Positions 31,897-42,178 of a DNA stretch of 64,000 nt are shown here, piece after piece. The notes beneath the pieces are model-generated. The model was not told the origin of the DNA. It made no database searches and saw only the letters and a list, made by a program, of their open reading frames with translations. Origin of the DNA: Robiginitomaculum sp. (lineage in GTDB: Bacteria > Pseudomonadota > Alphaproteobacteria > Caulobacterales > Maricaulaceae); NCBI GenBank assembly GCA_021776565.1, contig JAJFFQ010000065.1, positions 3,358 through 67,357 of the forward strand, in the 5' to 3' direction. How positions within the stretch are numbered: position 1 is the stretch's first letter; every line of letters begins with the position of its first letter. Position numbers and translations under genes: made by a program.

Positions 31897-32303
31897 ACTA
31901 TACAGAGACATTCAGTTTTTTAGGGTATTCTCTTGAAAGTATCCGGGCGGACTGGAGTGCTGAAAAATCTGATGGTGTCTGCATCACAATTAGAAATGCG
32001 CAGATTGTTCCTAAAAGCTACCCTCCCCGAATTGATTTATGGCAGTTGCATCCTGATGGTGGTGAGTTCGTGAATAAGCCAGGATATATCAAAAGAACGC
32101 GTCATTTAAGCCGTGCAGTGAGTGATTTTGGCGGTAAGGTTGATGTAATTTTGGTCGATGGTGATCTGGAAGAGCCTTATAAAGATGCTCATCCTTGGGA
32201 TTGTGAAAAACGTAAGGCAAGCTGGATGATTTCAAAATTTGACCCTGAATCAGGTTATTTTTGTGCTGAAGTTGTTCCACATGAGGAAAAGCCATGCCTT
32301 TAA
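31893..32303 (+). CDS. orphan hypothetical protein inserted between sucC and sucD
   Basis: GTG 31893 overlaps the sucC TGA as GTGA and sits 4 nt after AAGGAGG. 136 aa, AT-richer than its neighbours, with no family that I recognise. Confidence 0.45.
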   Translation: MNYTETFSFLGYSLESIRADWSAEKSDGVCITIRNAQIVPKSYPPRIDLWQLHPDGGEFVNKPGYIKRTRHLSRAVSDFGGKVDVILVDGDLEEPYKDAHPWDCEKRKASWMISKFDPESGYFCAEVVPHEEKPCL

Positions 32304-32322
32304 TGTTGTTTCATTCTTCTGC

Positions 32323-32667
32323 GTCATTCCGGCGGAAGCCGGAATCTAGCGCAGAGTCACAACTGGATTCCGATTTTCATCGGAATGACAAGCATGCGAT
32401 GTTGAGTCAGGGTGACGACTTTTCTGGCTTTTCTCTTTGCAGGAAACCAGCCCATACTTGTCATTGCCGGACTTGTTCCGGCAATCCAGAGATAGGGCTA
32501 TGCCAACTGGATCACCCGAACAGGTCGGGTGATGACACAATGAGAGAAAATTCCACCCCTATCCCGTGTCACCCCGGAATTTTTACCCAAAAATATCCGG
32601 GGTCTATAATGGCCGCAAACATGCACCATGGTTCCCGGATAAAGCAAAATCTTTTCCGGGATGACAC
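32323..32667. repeat. cluster of about 6 REP-type hairpins
   Basis: gtcATTCCGGCggaaGCCGGAATc; ggATTCCGATtttcATCGGAATgac; tgtcATTGCCGGActtgtTCCGGCAATcc; ggATCACCCGAacaggTCGGGTGATgac; ACCCCGGA...TCCGGGGT; TCCCGGA...TCCGGGA. Confidence 0.75.
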
Positions 32668-32689
32668 TGTAGGGCATTGGTGGTCGTCC

Positions 32690-33013
32690 CTAAGCCGCCT
32701 TGCCCTCAAGGTCAGGGCGTTCCAGTGGTTCGATTTTATCCAGCGCAGCAAGGCGCTCTTTGTCGGCATGGAGACAGGACAGGTCATAGCTGGTACGAAT
32801 GTTCATCCAGAAATCAGGCGTGGTTCCCAAATACTTACCCAACCGCATGGCCGTATCAGCAGTCAGCGAGGTTTCTTCGCGCACCAGACGTTCAATTCGG
32901 GTGCGTGGTACGCCAAGTGCTTTGGCCAGTTTTCCCGCACTCAGTTTCAGCGGCACCAGAAATTCCTCGCGCAGCATTTCGCCAGGGTGAACAGGTGGAT
33001 TTACAATCAACAT
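32690..33013 (-). CDS. higA: HigA-family antitoxin (XRE HTH)
   Basis: VHPGEMLREEFLVPLKLSAGKLAKALGVPRTRIERLVREETSLTADTAMRLGKYLGTTPDFWMN, with GGAG SD upstream. Confidence 0.85.
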   Translation of the reverse strand: MLIVNPPVHPGEMLREEFLVPLKLSAGKLAKALGVPRTRIERLVREETSLTADTAMRLGKYLGTTPDFWMNIRTSYDLSCLHADKERLAALDKIEPLERPDLEGKAA

Positions 33014-33025
33014 AGTGTTTTCTCC

Positions 33026-33307
33026 TCAATGATAGTCAACAATTTCAACATCTTCAGCGTTATTATTGACCCAGCGAAAGCATATGCGCCACTGGCTGTT
33101 AATACGGATCGAGAGCCAACCCTTGCGATCTCCTTTCAACATCTCAAGGTGGTTCGATGGTGGCGAACGCAATTCTTCGACGCTTATTACCGCATCCAGT
33201 GCAACCAGACGCCTTTGCGCCGCTCGCAAGATGGTCGCCGGAAACCGCTTTGGCAGGTTCCCGGCAAGAATAATCCAAACCCGTTTATCACGCGCTGTTT
33301 TAATCAT
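33026..33307 (-). CDS. higB: HigB-family toxin (RelE/ParE superfamily, plasmid maintenance killer type)
   Basis: 93 aa: LPKRFPATILRAAQRRLVALDAVISVEELRSPPSNHLEMLKGDRKGWLSIRINSQWRICFRW. It lies upstream of higA, the usual higBA order. Confidence 0.85.
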   Translation of the reverse strand: MIKTARDKRVWIILAGNLPKRFPATILRAAQRRLVALDAVISVEELRSPPSNHLEMLKGDRKGWLSIRINSQWRICFRWVNNNAEDVEIVDYH

Positions 33308-33315
33308 CTTAAATA

Positions 33316-33368
33316 TGTATCACAAACTGATACAAACGTCAACAATTATGTATCACTCCATGATACAT
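33316..33368. promoter_or_regulatory. two palindromic operators in the higBA promoter region
   Basis: TGTATCA-caaac-TGATACA (33316-33334) and ATGTATCA-ctcca-TGATACAT (33348-33368). They lie between the higB start (33307) and the sucD start (33390). Confidence 0.5.
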
Positions 33369-33389
33369 TTCTAAAGGAAGCAAGTTAAT

Positions 33390-34265
33390 ATGTCTGTTCT
33401 CGTTGATAAAAACACTAAAGTCATTGTTCAGGGTCTGACTGGCAAAAACGGCACCTTTCATACCGAACAGGCATTAGCGTACGGAACGCAAATGGTTGGC
33501 GGGGTCACCCCGGGCAAGGGCGGCTCAGAGCATATCGGCCTGCCGGTGTTCAACACGGTGATCGGGGCCAAAGAGGCCACCGGTGCCAATGCCAGCGTGA
33601 TCTATGTGCCGCCGCCCTTTGCCGCCGATGCCATTGCCGAAGCCATTGCCGCGCAGATCGAGCTGGTGGTGTGCATTACCGAAGGCATACCGGTGCTGGA
33701 TATGGTGCGGGTCAAGCGCGCCTTGTGCGGCTCCAACACGCGCCTTGTGGGGCCAAACTGCCCCGGTGTCATTACGCCGGGCGAATGCAAAATCGGCATT
33801 ATGCCGGGGCATATCCATAAACGAGGCTCGGTCGGGGTGGTCTCGCGCTCTGGCACGTTAACTTACGAGGCGGTGGGGCAAACTACGGCTGTAGGCCTTG
33901 GTCAAAGTACCTGCATTGGTATTGGCGGCGATCCGGTGAATGGCACCAACTTTATCGACTGTCTTGAGATGTTTTTGGCTGATCCGGAAACAGAATCCAT
34001 TGTTATGATCGGTGAAATCGGTGGCTCTGCCGAAGAAGATGCGGCGGCGTTTTTGAAGCAATCAAAAATCAAGAAGCCTGTCGTCGGCTTTATTGCCGGT
34101 CGCACTGCACCAAAGGGGCGCACCATGGGTCATGCCGGAGCCATTGTTTCAGGCGGCAAGGGCGGCGCAGAAGACAAGATCGAGGCATTAAAATCCGCTG
34201 GCGTTACGGTTTCGTCTTCCCCTGCGGCGCTTGGCTCTACGCTGGTCGAGGTGCTTAAAGGCTAG
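33390..34265 (+). CDS. sucD: succinyl-CoA synthetase alpha subunit
   Basis: [27 protein letters not shown] and the phosphohistidine loop MGHAGAIV. Confidence 0.95.
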   Translation: MSVLVDKNTKVIVQGLTGKNGTFHTEQALAYGTQMVGGVTPGKGGSEHIGLPVFNTVIGAKEATGANASVIYVPPPFAADAIAEAIAAQIELVVCITEGIPVLDMVRVKRALCGSNTRLVGPNCPGVITPGECKIGIMPGHIHKRGSVGVVSRSGTLTYEAVGQTTAVGLGQSTCIGIGGDPVNGTNFIDCLEMFLADPETESIVMIGEIGGSAEEDAAAFLKQSKIKKPVVGFIAGRTAPKGRTMGHAGAIVSGGKGGAEDKIEALKSAGVTVSSSPAALGSTLVEVLKG

Positions 34266-34279
34266 AAAGGACGAAAACC

Positions 34280-37213
34280 ATGGGCGATCTTGATTTTCTT
34301 TCCGGCACCAATGCCGCGTATCTGGATATGATGGCGGCACGCTTTGCTGCTGATCCGATGAGCGTGCCTGAGGATTGGCGTGAGTTTTTTACCACCGAAG
34401 GTGATGGCGCACCGGTAACGCGCCCGTCATGGGATCGTACTGATTGGCCGGTGCAAACCAATGGCGAGCTAACCTCAGCCCTGACTTCTGACTGGCCGGA
34501 CGAAGCCGCCATAAAAGAGAAAATTACCAAAAGCCAACCCGATGCCAGCGTGGCCGATGTGCGGGCTGCGACGCTGGATAGTATCCGGGCCTTGATGATG
34601 ATCCGTGCCTATCGTATTCGCGGGCATTTGGCCGCTGATCTTGACCCGTTGGGCATTGAAAAACGCGGGCCGTGGCCAGAACTTGATCCGGCGACATACG
34701 GGTTTGGCCCCGATGACATGGATCGGGAAATTTTTATTGACGATGTGATGGGGCTGGAGAACGCGACCCCGCGCCAGATGCTGGAGATATTGCGGCGCAC
34801 CTATTGCGGTACCTTTGCCATCGAATTCATGCACATTTCCAACCCGGAGCAAAAATCCTGGGTGCAACAGCGTATCGAGGGCAAGGACAAGGAAATTCAT
34901 TTTACGCCCATGGGCCGCAAGGCGATATTGCGCAAATTGCTTGAAACCGAAAGTTTTGAGAAATTTCTGCACAAACGCTATCCCGGCACCAAGCGATTTG
35001 GCCTGGATGGCGCTGAGGCACTGGTGCCGGCGATGGAGCAAATCCTCAAACGCGGCGGCGCACTGGGGGTTTCCGAAATTATTCTGGGTATGCCCCACCG
35101 GGGCCGCCTGAATGTACTGACTGCGGTGATGGGCAAGCCCTATCATCAGGTTTTCAACGAATTTGCAGGGGGCCATAGCTGGGGCGCCGATGATTTTGCC
35201 TCTGGTGATGTAAAATACCATTTGGGTGCGTCATCGGATCGCGAATTTGATGGCAATACCGTGCATTTATCCCTGACCGCCAACCCCTCACACCTTGAGG
35301 CGGTCAACCCGGTGGTGCTGGGCAAGGTGCGCGCCAAACAGGAACCAACTGCGCCCGATGACGGGCATACGGAACGTGGTCATGTCATGCCGATCCTGCT
35401 GCACGGTGATGCGGCCTTTGCCGGGCAGGGTATTGTGGCGGAATGTTTTGCCATGTCTGGCCTGATCGGGCATCGCACCGGCGGCACCATCCATATCGTG
35501 GTCAATAACCAGATCGGCTTTACCACGGCCCCGCATTTTTCACGCTCATCGCCATACCCCACGGATATTGCACTAATGGTGCAACCACCGGTACTGCATG
35601 TGAATGGTGATGACCCCGAAGCGGTGGTCTACGCCGCCAAAGTAGCCACCGAGTTTCGCCAGAAATTTGGCGTGGATGCAGTGATTGATATGTTTTGCTA
35701 TCGCCGATATGGCCATAATGAGGGCGATGATCCCTCGTTCACCCAGCCCATTATGTACCGGCGGATCAAGACCCATCCGACCACCCGGGCGATTTATGAA
35801 AAACGCCTGATTGACGAGGGTGTGGTTACGCCAGGTGAAGTGACCGACTGGATCACGGATTTTGAAGACTATCTGGAGGCCGAGTTTGAACGCGGCAAAA
35901 CTCATGAGCCAAAAAAGGCCGATTGGCTGGACGGGGAATGGGCAGGCCTTGGTGTTGCCCCCGATGGGGAAGAACGACGCGGACGCACCGGCGTTTCAAT
36001 AAAGCGGCTGAAAAGCCTGGGCCGGAAAGTCACAATATTTCCCGATGATCTTGCTGTGCATAAAACCCTGGCACGGGTAATAGGTGCCCGGGCAAAGGCA
36101 ATAGAAACTGGCAAGGATCTGGACTGGGCTAGTGCGGAAATGCTGGCCTATGCCACGTTGCTGGATGAAGGATTTCCGGTGCGCCTTTCGGGGCAGGATA
36201 GTGGCCGGGGTACGTTTTCACAGCGCCATTGCCGGGCCATCGATCAAAATACTGAAGATCGCTATACCTTCCTGCATCATGTCAGTGAAAATCAGGCAAC
36301 GTTCGAGGTGATCGACTCGCTGCTGTCAGAGGAAGCCGTGCTGGGGTTTGAATATGGTTATTCCCTGTCTGCCCCTAACGCGCTTACCTTGTGGGAGGCG
36401 CAATTTGGCGACTTTGCCAATGGCGCACAAATGGTGGTCGATCAGTTCATCTCGGCTGGGGAACGTAAATGGTTGCGTATGTCGGGTCTGGTGATGTTGT
36501 TGCCCCATGGCTATGAGGGGCAGGGGCCGGAGCACTCCTCGGCGCGCCTGGAGCGATACTTACAAATGTGTGCTCAGGACAATATGCAGGTGGCCAATTG
36601 CACCACGCCAGCAAACTATTTTCACATACTGCGGCGGCAAATTCATCGCAAATTTCGCAAGCCATTGATCCTGATGACACCCAAATCGCTGCTGCGGCAT
36701 AAACGCTGCGTTTCTGATTTGAATGAACTGGGCGCGAAATCCTCCTTTCATCGGGTGTTGTGGGATGATGCGCAAATCAAGGCCCGCCGGGCCAAGGTAA
36801 AATTGTGCGCCGACAAGGATATTAAGCGTGTGGTGCTGTGTTCGGGCAAGGTTTACTATGACCTCTTTGAGGAACGTGAAAAACGCGGGCTTGATAATGT
36901 CTATCTCATGCGCGTTGAACAACTTTATCCTTTTCCGGCCAAATCACTCATCAATGAGCTGTCCCGCTTCAAAAATGCTGAAATGGTCTGGTGTCAGGAA
37001 GAGCCAAAAAACATGGGCGCATGGAACTTTATGGAACCCAATCTGGAATGGGTATTAAACCGTATTGAAGCCCGCGTGCGTCGTCCCCGTTATGCGGGTC
37101 GTTCGGCCTCGGCATCCACGGCTGCCGGAACCATGGGCCAGCATATGGCCGAACTGAACGCCTTTTTGGATGAAGCCCTGGCAACACAAAAATCAAAAGA
37201 GAAAAAATCATGA
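34280..37213 (+). CDS. sucA: 2-oxoglutarate dehydrogenase E1 component
   Basis: 977 aa: [35 protein letters not shown]. Confidence 0.95.
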   Translation: MGDLDFLSGTNAAYLDMMAARFAADPMSVPEDWREFFTTEGDGAPVTRPSWDRTDWPVQTNGELTSALTSDWPDEAAIKEKITKSQPDASVADVRAATLDSIRALMMIRAYRIRGHLAADLDPLGIEKRGPWPELDPATYGFGPDDMDREIFIDDVMGLENATPRQMLEILRRTYCGTFAIEFMHISNPEQKSWVQQRIEGKDKEIHFTPMGRKAILRKLLETESFEKFLHKRYPGTKRFGLDGAEALVPAMEQILKRGGALGVSEIILGMPHRGRLNVLTAVMGKPYHQVFNEFAGGHSWGADDFASGDVKYHLGASSDREFDGNTVHLSLTANPSHLEAVNPVVLGKVRAKQEPTAPDDGHTERGHVMPILLHGDAAFAGQGIVAECFAMSGLIGHRTGGTIHIVVNNQIGFTTAPHFSRSSPYPTDIALMVQPPVLHVNGDDPEAVVYAAKVATEFRQKFGVDAVIDMFCYRRYGHNEGDDPSFTQPIMYRRIKTHPTTRAIYEKRLIDEGVVTPGEVTDWITDFEDYLEAEFERGKTHEPKKADWLDGEWAGLGVAPDGEERRGRTGVSIKRLKSLGRKVTIFPDDLAVHKTLARVIGARAKAIETGKDLDWASAEMLAYATLLDEGFPVRLSGQDSGRGTFSQRHCRAIDQNTEDRYTFLHHVSENQATFEVIDSLLSEEAVLGFEYGYSLSAPNALTLWEAQFGDFANGAQMVVDQFISAGERKWLRMSGLVMLLPHGYEGQGPEHSSARLERYLQMCAQDNMQVANCTTPANYFHILRRQIHRKFRKPLILMTPKSLLRHKRCVSDLNELGAKSSFHRVLWDDAQIKARRAKVKLCADKDIKRVVLCSGKVYYDLFEEREKRGLDNVYLMRVEQLYPFPAKSLINELSRFKNAEMVWCQEEPKNMGAWNFMEPNLEWVLNRIEARVRRPRYAGRSASASTAAGTMGQHMAELNAFLDEALATQKSKEKKS

Positions 37214-38382
37214 CCGATATAGTTGTCCCCGTCCTTGGCGAGAGCGTCACCGAAGCTATTGTTGCTGACTGGAAAGTCGGGGTCGGTGATGCGATCACCA
37301 AAGACCAGCTTCTGGTGGAGCTGGAAACTGACAAGGTGTCGCTGGAGATCAGTGCCCCGGCTAATGGCGTGATTAGTAAAATTGCTGTTCAGGAGGGTGA
37401 TGAGGTTGAAATTGGCGCACTTTTGGCTGTGTTGGAGGAAGGCGCAAGCGCAAGTGCAGACACCACTGCCAAGGCACCAGACCCGGTGCCGGCCCCGGCG
37501 ATTGCCAGCACGCCCGAAGCTCCCGCAAACACCGCCAAGGCCATGCCTTCGGCGGCGCGCCTTATGACAGAAAAAGGCGTTGATCCAGCCAAAGTTACCG
37601 GCACGGGCAAGGGTGGGCGTATCACCAAGGGTGACGCGCTAGCTGCTCCGCCCCCCGCTGCTGCCGCTCCACGTGGTACTGGCCCCCGTGAAGAACGTGT
37701 ACGTATGTCACGCTTGCGCCAAACCATCGCCAAACGCCTAAAAGAAGCGCAAAACACCGCCGCCATGCTAACCACGTTTAACGAGGTGGATATGACCGCC
37801 ATTATGGCATCGCGGTCGAAATACAAGGATTTGTTCGCCAAAAAACATGGCATCAAGCTGGGCTTTATGTCGTTCTTCGTGAAGGCCTGTGTCACTGCAC
37901 TTAAAGATGTGCCGGAGGTCAATGCCGAACTGGATGGCACCGACCTGATTTATAAAAACCATTATGACATTGGCGTTGCGGTGGGTATCGACAAGGGTCT
38001 GGTGGTGCCGGTGATCCGTGATTGTGATCTGTTGAGTATGGACAAAATCGAGCTGGGCATTGCCACAATGGGCAAGAAGGCCCGGGATGGTAAAATCGCC
38101 ATGGCAGACATGCAGGGCGCAACCTTCACTATCACCAATGGCGGGGTTTATGGCTCGCTAATGTCCACGCCGATCCTCAATGCACCACAGTCCGGTATTT
38201 TGGGTATGCACGCCATAAAGGAACGCCCCATGGCCGTAGGCGGTGAAATTGTCATACGCCCGATGATGTATCTGGCGCTGTCCTATGACCACCGGGTGGT
38301 CGATGGTAAAGGCGCGGTGACCTTTCTTGTGCGGGTCAAGGAATGTCTGGAAGATCCGGAGCGCCTGTTGTTGGATTTGTAA
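37210..38382 (+). CDS. sucB: dihydrolipoyllysine-residue succinyltransferase (E2)
   Basis: Lipoyl domain ([11 protein letters not shown]), PSBD domain and catalytic domain (SYDHRVVDG). The start overlaps the sucA stop as ATGA. Confidence 0.95.
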   Translation: MTDIVVPVLGESVTEAIVADWKVGVGDAITKDQLLVELETDKVSLEISAPANGVISKIAVQEGDEVEIGALLAVLEEGASASADTTAKAPDPVPAPAIASTPEAPANTAKAMPSAARLMTEKGVDPAKVTGTGKGGRITKGDALAAPPPAAAAPRGTGPREERVRMSRLRQTIAKRLKEAQNTAAMLTTFNEVDMTAIMASRSKYKDLFAKKHGIKLGFMSFFVKACVTALKDVPEVNAELDGTDLIYKNHYDIGVAVGIDKGLVVPVIRDCDLLSMDKIELGIATMGKKARDGKIAMADMQGATFTITNGGVYGSLMSTPILNAPQSGILGMHAIKERPMAVGGEIVIRPMMYLALSYDHRVVDGKGAVTFLVRVKECLEDPERLLLDL

Positions 38383-38443
38383 GGGTTGGGTGGTGTCCGC
38401 CTCAATCATAAATTTTAAGGCTTGCCGCTATTCTATGCCTGCT

Positions 38444-39286
38444 CTACCCGTCTCGTTGCGCCATAAATGCCAGGCGTTCAAATAATTGCACATCCTGTTC
38501 GTTTTTCAGAAGTGCGCCATGAAGTGGCGGGATCAGCTTGCGCGGATCGCGTGTCCGCAGGGTCATGGCGTCAATGTCTTCGGCCATCAGCAGTTTCAGC
38601 CAGTCCAGAAGTTCAGACGTTGAGGGCTTTTTCTTTAACCCGGGTGCCTTGCGAATATCATAGAAAATTTTCAGCGCCTCGGCGACAAGGCGTTTCTTGA
38701 TGCCGGGGTAATGCACATCGACAATGGCTTGCATGGTGTCGTCATCGGGAAAGCGGATGAAGTGAAAGAAGCAGCGGCGCAAAAAGGCGTCGGGCAATTC
38801 TTTTTCATTGTTTGAGGTGATGATGATAATGGGCCGTGTTTTGGCGCTGATAACTTCGCCGGTCTCGTAAACATGGAACTCCATCCGGTCGAGTTCCTGT
38901 AACAAATCATTGGGAAATTCTATGTCGGCCTTGTCCACCTCATCGATAAGCAGGACAGGGCGTTCCTTTGAGGTAAAGGCCTCCCACAATTTGCCTTTGC
39001 GGATATAGTTTTTAACGTCTTCAACGCGCGGATCACCTAACTGGCTATCGCGCAGGCGGGCCACAGCGTCATACTCGTAGAGGCCTTGCTGTGCCTTGGT
39101 GGTGGATTTGACATGCCATTCAATCAAGGGCGCACCCAGGGCTTTGGCGACCTCAATAGCCAGCATGGTTTTGCCGGTTCCCGGCTCGCCCTTGATAAGC
39201 AAGGGCCGCTCAAGGGTAATGGCGGCATTGACCGCAATAGAGAGGTCATCGGTGGAAACATAGTTTTCTGTGCCTTCAAAACGCAT
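38444..39286 (-). CDS. MoxR-family AAA+ ATPase
   Basis: Walker A GEPGTGKT and Walker B LLIDEVDKA. ATG 39286 is preceded by AAGGGA; the track start is TTG. Confidence 0.85.
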   Translation of the reverse strand: MRFEGTENYVSTDDLSIAVNAAITLERPLLIKGEPGTGKTMLAIEVAKALGAPLIEWHVKSTTKAQQGLYEYDAVARLRDSQLGDPRVEDVKNYIRKGKLWEAFTSKERPVLLIDEVDKADIEFPNDLLQELDRMEFHVYETGEVISAKTRPIIIITSNNEKELPDAFLRRCFFHFIRFPDDDTMQAIVDVHYPGIKKRLVAEALKIFYDIRKAPGLKKKPSTSELLDWLKLLMAEDIDAMTLRTRDPRKLIPPLHGALLKNEQDVQLFERLAFMAQRDG

Positions 39287-39364
39287 GGCTTTTCCCTTTT
39301 TCAAGGGGGCCTAGGTAGAGGGGTAGAGCTGACCGGGCAAGCAATAATTCCTCTATGGTGTCAT

Positions 39365-41170
39365 TCAGGCCGCTTTTTGTGTCTTGATTTCCTGTGCCAG
39401 GGTGTCGGCAAGTCGTGTCATGGTTTCATCCCAGACGCCAAATTGTTTTGGCGAAAATACTTGCGCGTCAGGATACCAGGGGATCGCACCGGTTGCGTGC
39501 AGGGGCCAATGATCGGCGCTGGCCAAAAACCACACCAACCCACCATGAGCGGCTGCCAGATTGGTTGATGCGTTCATTGGCCCGATGGTTAGATCAAGCG
39601 CCAGTCCGGCGGCGGCAACGCCATCAAGGTCATCTTTGAGATCAAGGCCGGGAATTTCATGAATGGTGACGCCCAGTTCCTTTTCGGCCTGTTTGATCTC
39701 TTCGGTACAATCGCCGTATTGCATGCTGACAAAAACCGCACCCGGGGTTTTCAACACCGGTTTCCAGGCTTCAAACGGGCTGAAATACTTGGCCCGGCTG
39801 ACGGTCATCACCATGGATTTCCAGCACAGGCCAATTTTTGGCCCTGTGGGTAACGCCGCCATCGCTTTGGCCATGGCTTTGCTCTTTTGGGTATCTGGCG
39901 TGAGATAGCCATGATGCTGAGGAAAGCTGTTTAATGTCTGGCGGTGTGCCGCAACCGCATTGCCCATGGGGACATAATAGTCATAGACGCTCCAGTCCTT
40001 AATGTCGGGAATGATGCGATATTGCTTGCCTTCACGGCTGACCGTCATGTGCCGCACCAGGGTTTTTGGTGCAAAGCTGCGCTTAACCATGGGCATCAAT
40101 CGTGGTTCAACAGCAAAATCAACCTGGCCCTTGGGGCCAACAGCATCGATAAAATCCTGCGCAGCGTTCATATAAAGAATTTCATCGCCCAAACCCTGTT
40201 CACCCACAAGCAAGACCCGCTTGCCGGTAATATCCCCCTGGCAATCCCATCGCGGCGCATCCAGAAGATTGATAGCATGAGCATCGCCATGAGGGTCAAA
40301 GCGAGATAAATAGGCTTCCCAGCCTTCTTCCAGCCGCCCCAGTGCCAGATATGAATGGGACAGGCCTTGCTCTATGGTGGCCCGGTCTTCCAGATCAGTG
40401 CTGAGGCCTAATGCCTTTTCTCCGGCCTCGGCAGAGCGCGCACGATCACCGGCCATGCCCGCCGCATAGGCGATGTTATGCCATACGCGGGCGCTGTCTG
40501 GCTCCAGGCGCAAGGCCTCATCATAAAATGTAAGGGCTTGTATGGGATCACCAAATTCCAGCAACACTGTACCCAGAGCGTTCCACAGCATGGAATTGTC
40601 CTGATGGGTGTAGATAGCCGCGCGGATTAGCTCTATGGCTTCTTCGAATTTGCCAAGATCGCGCAATACCCCACCAAGGTTAATCACCCCGTTGGGGTCA
40701 CCCGGTTGTAAATCAAGAAACAATTGCAGGAACTTTTCGGCTGCCGGCAACATATCCAGCTTCCAGGCCACCAGAGCGATATTTTGATATATTTCGCCAT
40801 CACTGGGGTCAGCCCGCCATGCGCGTTCGTAGAACTCAAGCGCCTTGGACAGGTGTCCCAGTTTTTCCAGCGCAATAGCCATGATGTGATTGGCCGGTGA
40901 GTTATCTTCATCAATGTCCAGCGCCCGTATGGCCAGTTTGGCCGCCGCTGCATGGTCATTGGCATCAATCAGTTTTTTTGCCCGGCGTAAAATCGGTATG
41001 ATTTTCTTGCTTGATTTTGAACGTCCGCCCATACCAAGCGCAGGCAATGCCGCACCGCCAACGGCACCCTTGAGGCTGCGTTTTGGTTGTTCAGCGGCTT
41101 GTTCCAGTATTTTGGAAGCGTGCATGTTCTGGATGGCAGATGACACAGAGATATCCTCACAATACGTCAT
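39365..41170 (-). CDS. TPR-repeat protein with a C-terminal GT9-like (heptosyltransferase-fold) domain; FlbA/FlmG-like flagellin-modification candidate
   Basis: The N-terminal half carries several TPR-like repeats (ALEFYERAWRADP, AIELIRAAIY, ALTFYDEALRLEP). The C-terminal half has GKRVLLVGEQGLGDEILY, typical of GT9-fold proteins. It is divergent from flbT. The start is uncertain (ATG 41170 or TTG 41182). Confidence 0.65.
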   Translation of the reverse strand: MTYCEDISVSSAIQNMHASKILEQAAEQPKRSLKGAVGGAALPALGMGGRSKSSKKIIPILRRAKKLIDANDHAAAAKLAIRALDIDEDNSPANHIMAIALEKLGHLSKALEFYERAWRADPSDGEIYQNIALVAWKLDMLPAAEKFLQLFLDLQPGDPNGVINLGGVLRDLGKFEEAIELIRAAIYTHQDNSMLWNALGTVLLEFGDPIQALTFYDEALRLEPDSARVWHNIAYAAGMAGDRARSAEAGEKALGLSTDLEDRATIEQGLSHSYLALGRLEEGWEAYLSRFDPHGDAHAINLLDAPRWDCQGDITGKRVLLVGEQGLGDEILYMNAAQDFIDAVGPKGQVDFAVEPRLMPMVKRSFAPKTLVRHMTVSREGKQYRIIPDIKDWSVYDYYVPMGNAVAAHRQTLNSFPQHHGYLTPDTQKSKAMAKAMAALPTGPKIGLCWKSMVMTVSRAKYFSPFEAWKPVLKTPGAVFVSMQYGDCTEEIKQAEKELGVTIHEIPGLDLKDDLDGVAAAGLALDLTIGPMNASTNLAAAHGGLVWFLASADHWPLHATGAIPWYPDAQVFSPKQFGVWDETMTRLADTLAQEIKTQKAA

Positions 41171-41343
41171 TAAGAATTTCAAGTGTGGGGTGTGTCGCTT
41201 AATACCATCCTAACGGAGTACGGACTGCATTGCAGGGCTTCGTTAACCAATCCGCTTTAGTGTTCGTTTAGCTATTTCGTTAATACTGAACCTCTTCCAG
41301 CCAAAACCGGCCAGGATATGAGGAGTGGATTGGAGCCAAGGCC

Positions 41344-41769
41344 ATGCCCTTGAAATTATCGCTAAAACCTGGAGAACGCTTTGTGCTTAATGGCGCAGTT
41401 CTGGAAAATGGGGATCGGCGATCCAATCTGGTATTACAAAATCATGCCGCCATCTTGCGTGAAAAAGATATTATGCAGGAAGGCGAGGCAAATACACCGG
41501 CACGCAGGGTCTATTTCCCGGTCATGCTGATGTATCTGGATCCCCAAAACAGTGAAAAAAATTATGACGACTTCGTTATGCGCATGACAGATTTTATGGG
41601 GGCGGTCAGCAATCCTGATGCCCTGGCGCAATGCGTGGCCGTCAGTCGGGATGTGATGGCGGGTGAGTATTACAAGGCACTCAATAAGTGTCGTAAACTC
41701 ATGGAATTTGAGAAGGGAAGGTTGGGACATGTCACTGACAGCTTATCAGCAGACATCCGTACGGGTTGA
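41344..41769 (+). CDS. flbT: flagellin synthesis repressor FlbT
   Basis: MPLKLSLKPGERFVLNGAVLENGDRRSNLVLQN is the canonical FlbT N-terminus. Confidence 0.85.
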   Translation: MPLKLSLKPGERFVLNGAVLENGDRRSNLVLQNHAAILREKDIMQEGEANTPARRVYFPVMLMYLDPQNSEKNYDDFVMRMTDFMGAVSNPDALAQCVAVSRDVMAGEYYKALNKCRKLMEFEKGRLGHVTDSLSADIRTG

Positions 41770-42142
41770 AGACCCAAGGGATACAGAATACCGTCTTTTC
41801 GGGATGGTGATCCGCGCGCTCACCGAGGTTAAAGATTATGACCGCAGCAATCTGGGCGCTCTTTCATCGGTTATAGACTGGAACAAACGTATCTGGGCGG
41901 CGCTGGCCCAGGATTGCGCCGATGATCGCAATGGTCATAACGACAGCTTGCGCGCCGGGATTATCTCACTTGCCCTGTTTGTAGAACGGTATTCAACGCA
42001 GGTTATTCGTGACGGCGCGGATATAGATCCCCTTATCGACATCAATCGCACGGTTATGCAGGGGTTGGCACCGGCCAGTTCGCAATCTGCCCAGTCGGGT
42101 AGCACGGCGACGCAGCCAGCAGCAATGGCCGCCCAAGCCTGA
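41729..42142 (+). CDS. flaF: flagellar biosynthesis regulator FlaF
   Basis: MSLTAYQQTSVRVEDPRDTEYRLFGMVIRAL is a FlaF-type N-terminus. This start overlaps the flbT 3' end by 41 nt. Confidence 0.8.
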   Translation: MSLTAYQQTSVRVEDPRDTEYRLFGMVIRALTEVKDYDRSNLGALSSVIDWNKRIWAALAQDCADDRNGHNDSLRAGIISLALFVERYSTQVIRDGADIDPLIDINRTVMQGLAPASSQSAQSGSTATQPAAMAAQA

Positions 42143-42178
42143 CTCTACCGTCCGCAGCATTTAGCAACAGCAATAATC

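Noticed and set aside
32294-33388. A 364-aa plus-strand ORF spanning the sucC-sucD insertion
   Set aside because: It reads through the REP hairpins, giving the typical phantom peptides SFRRKPESS and LDSDFHRNDK. It then runs antisense to well-supported higA and higB, and has no recognisable domain.
38444-39286. MoxR AAA+ ATPase lacking an adjacent VWA/DUF58 partner, considered as an unusual orphan
   Set aside because: Partner genes are often encoded elsewhere, and nothing in the sequence itself is atypical. I cannot judge this without the whole genome.
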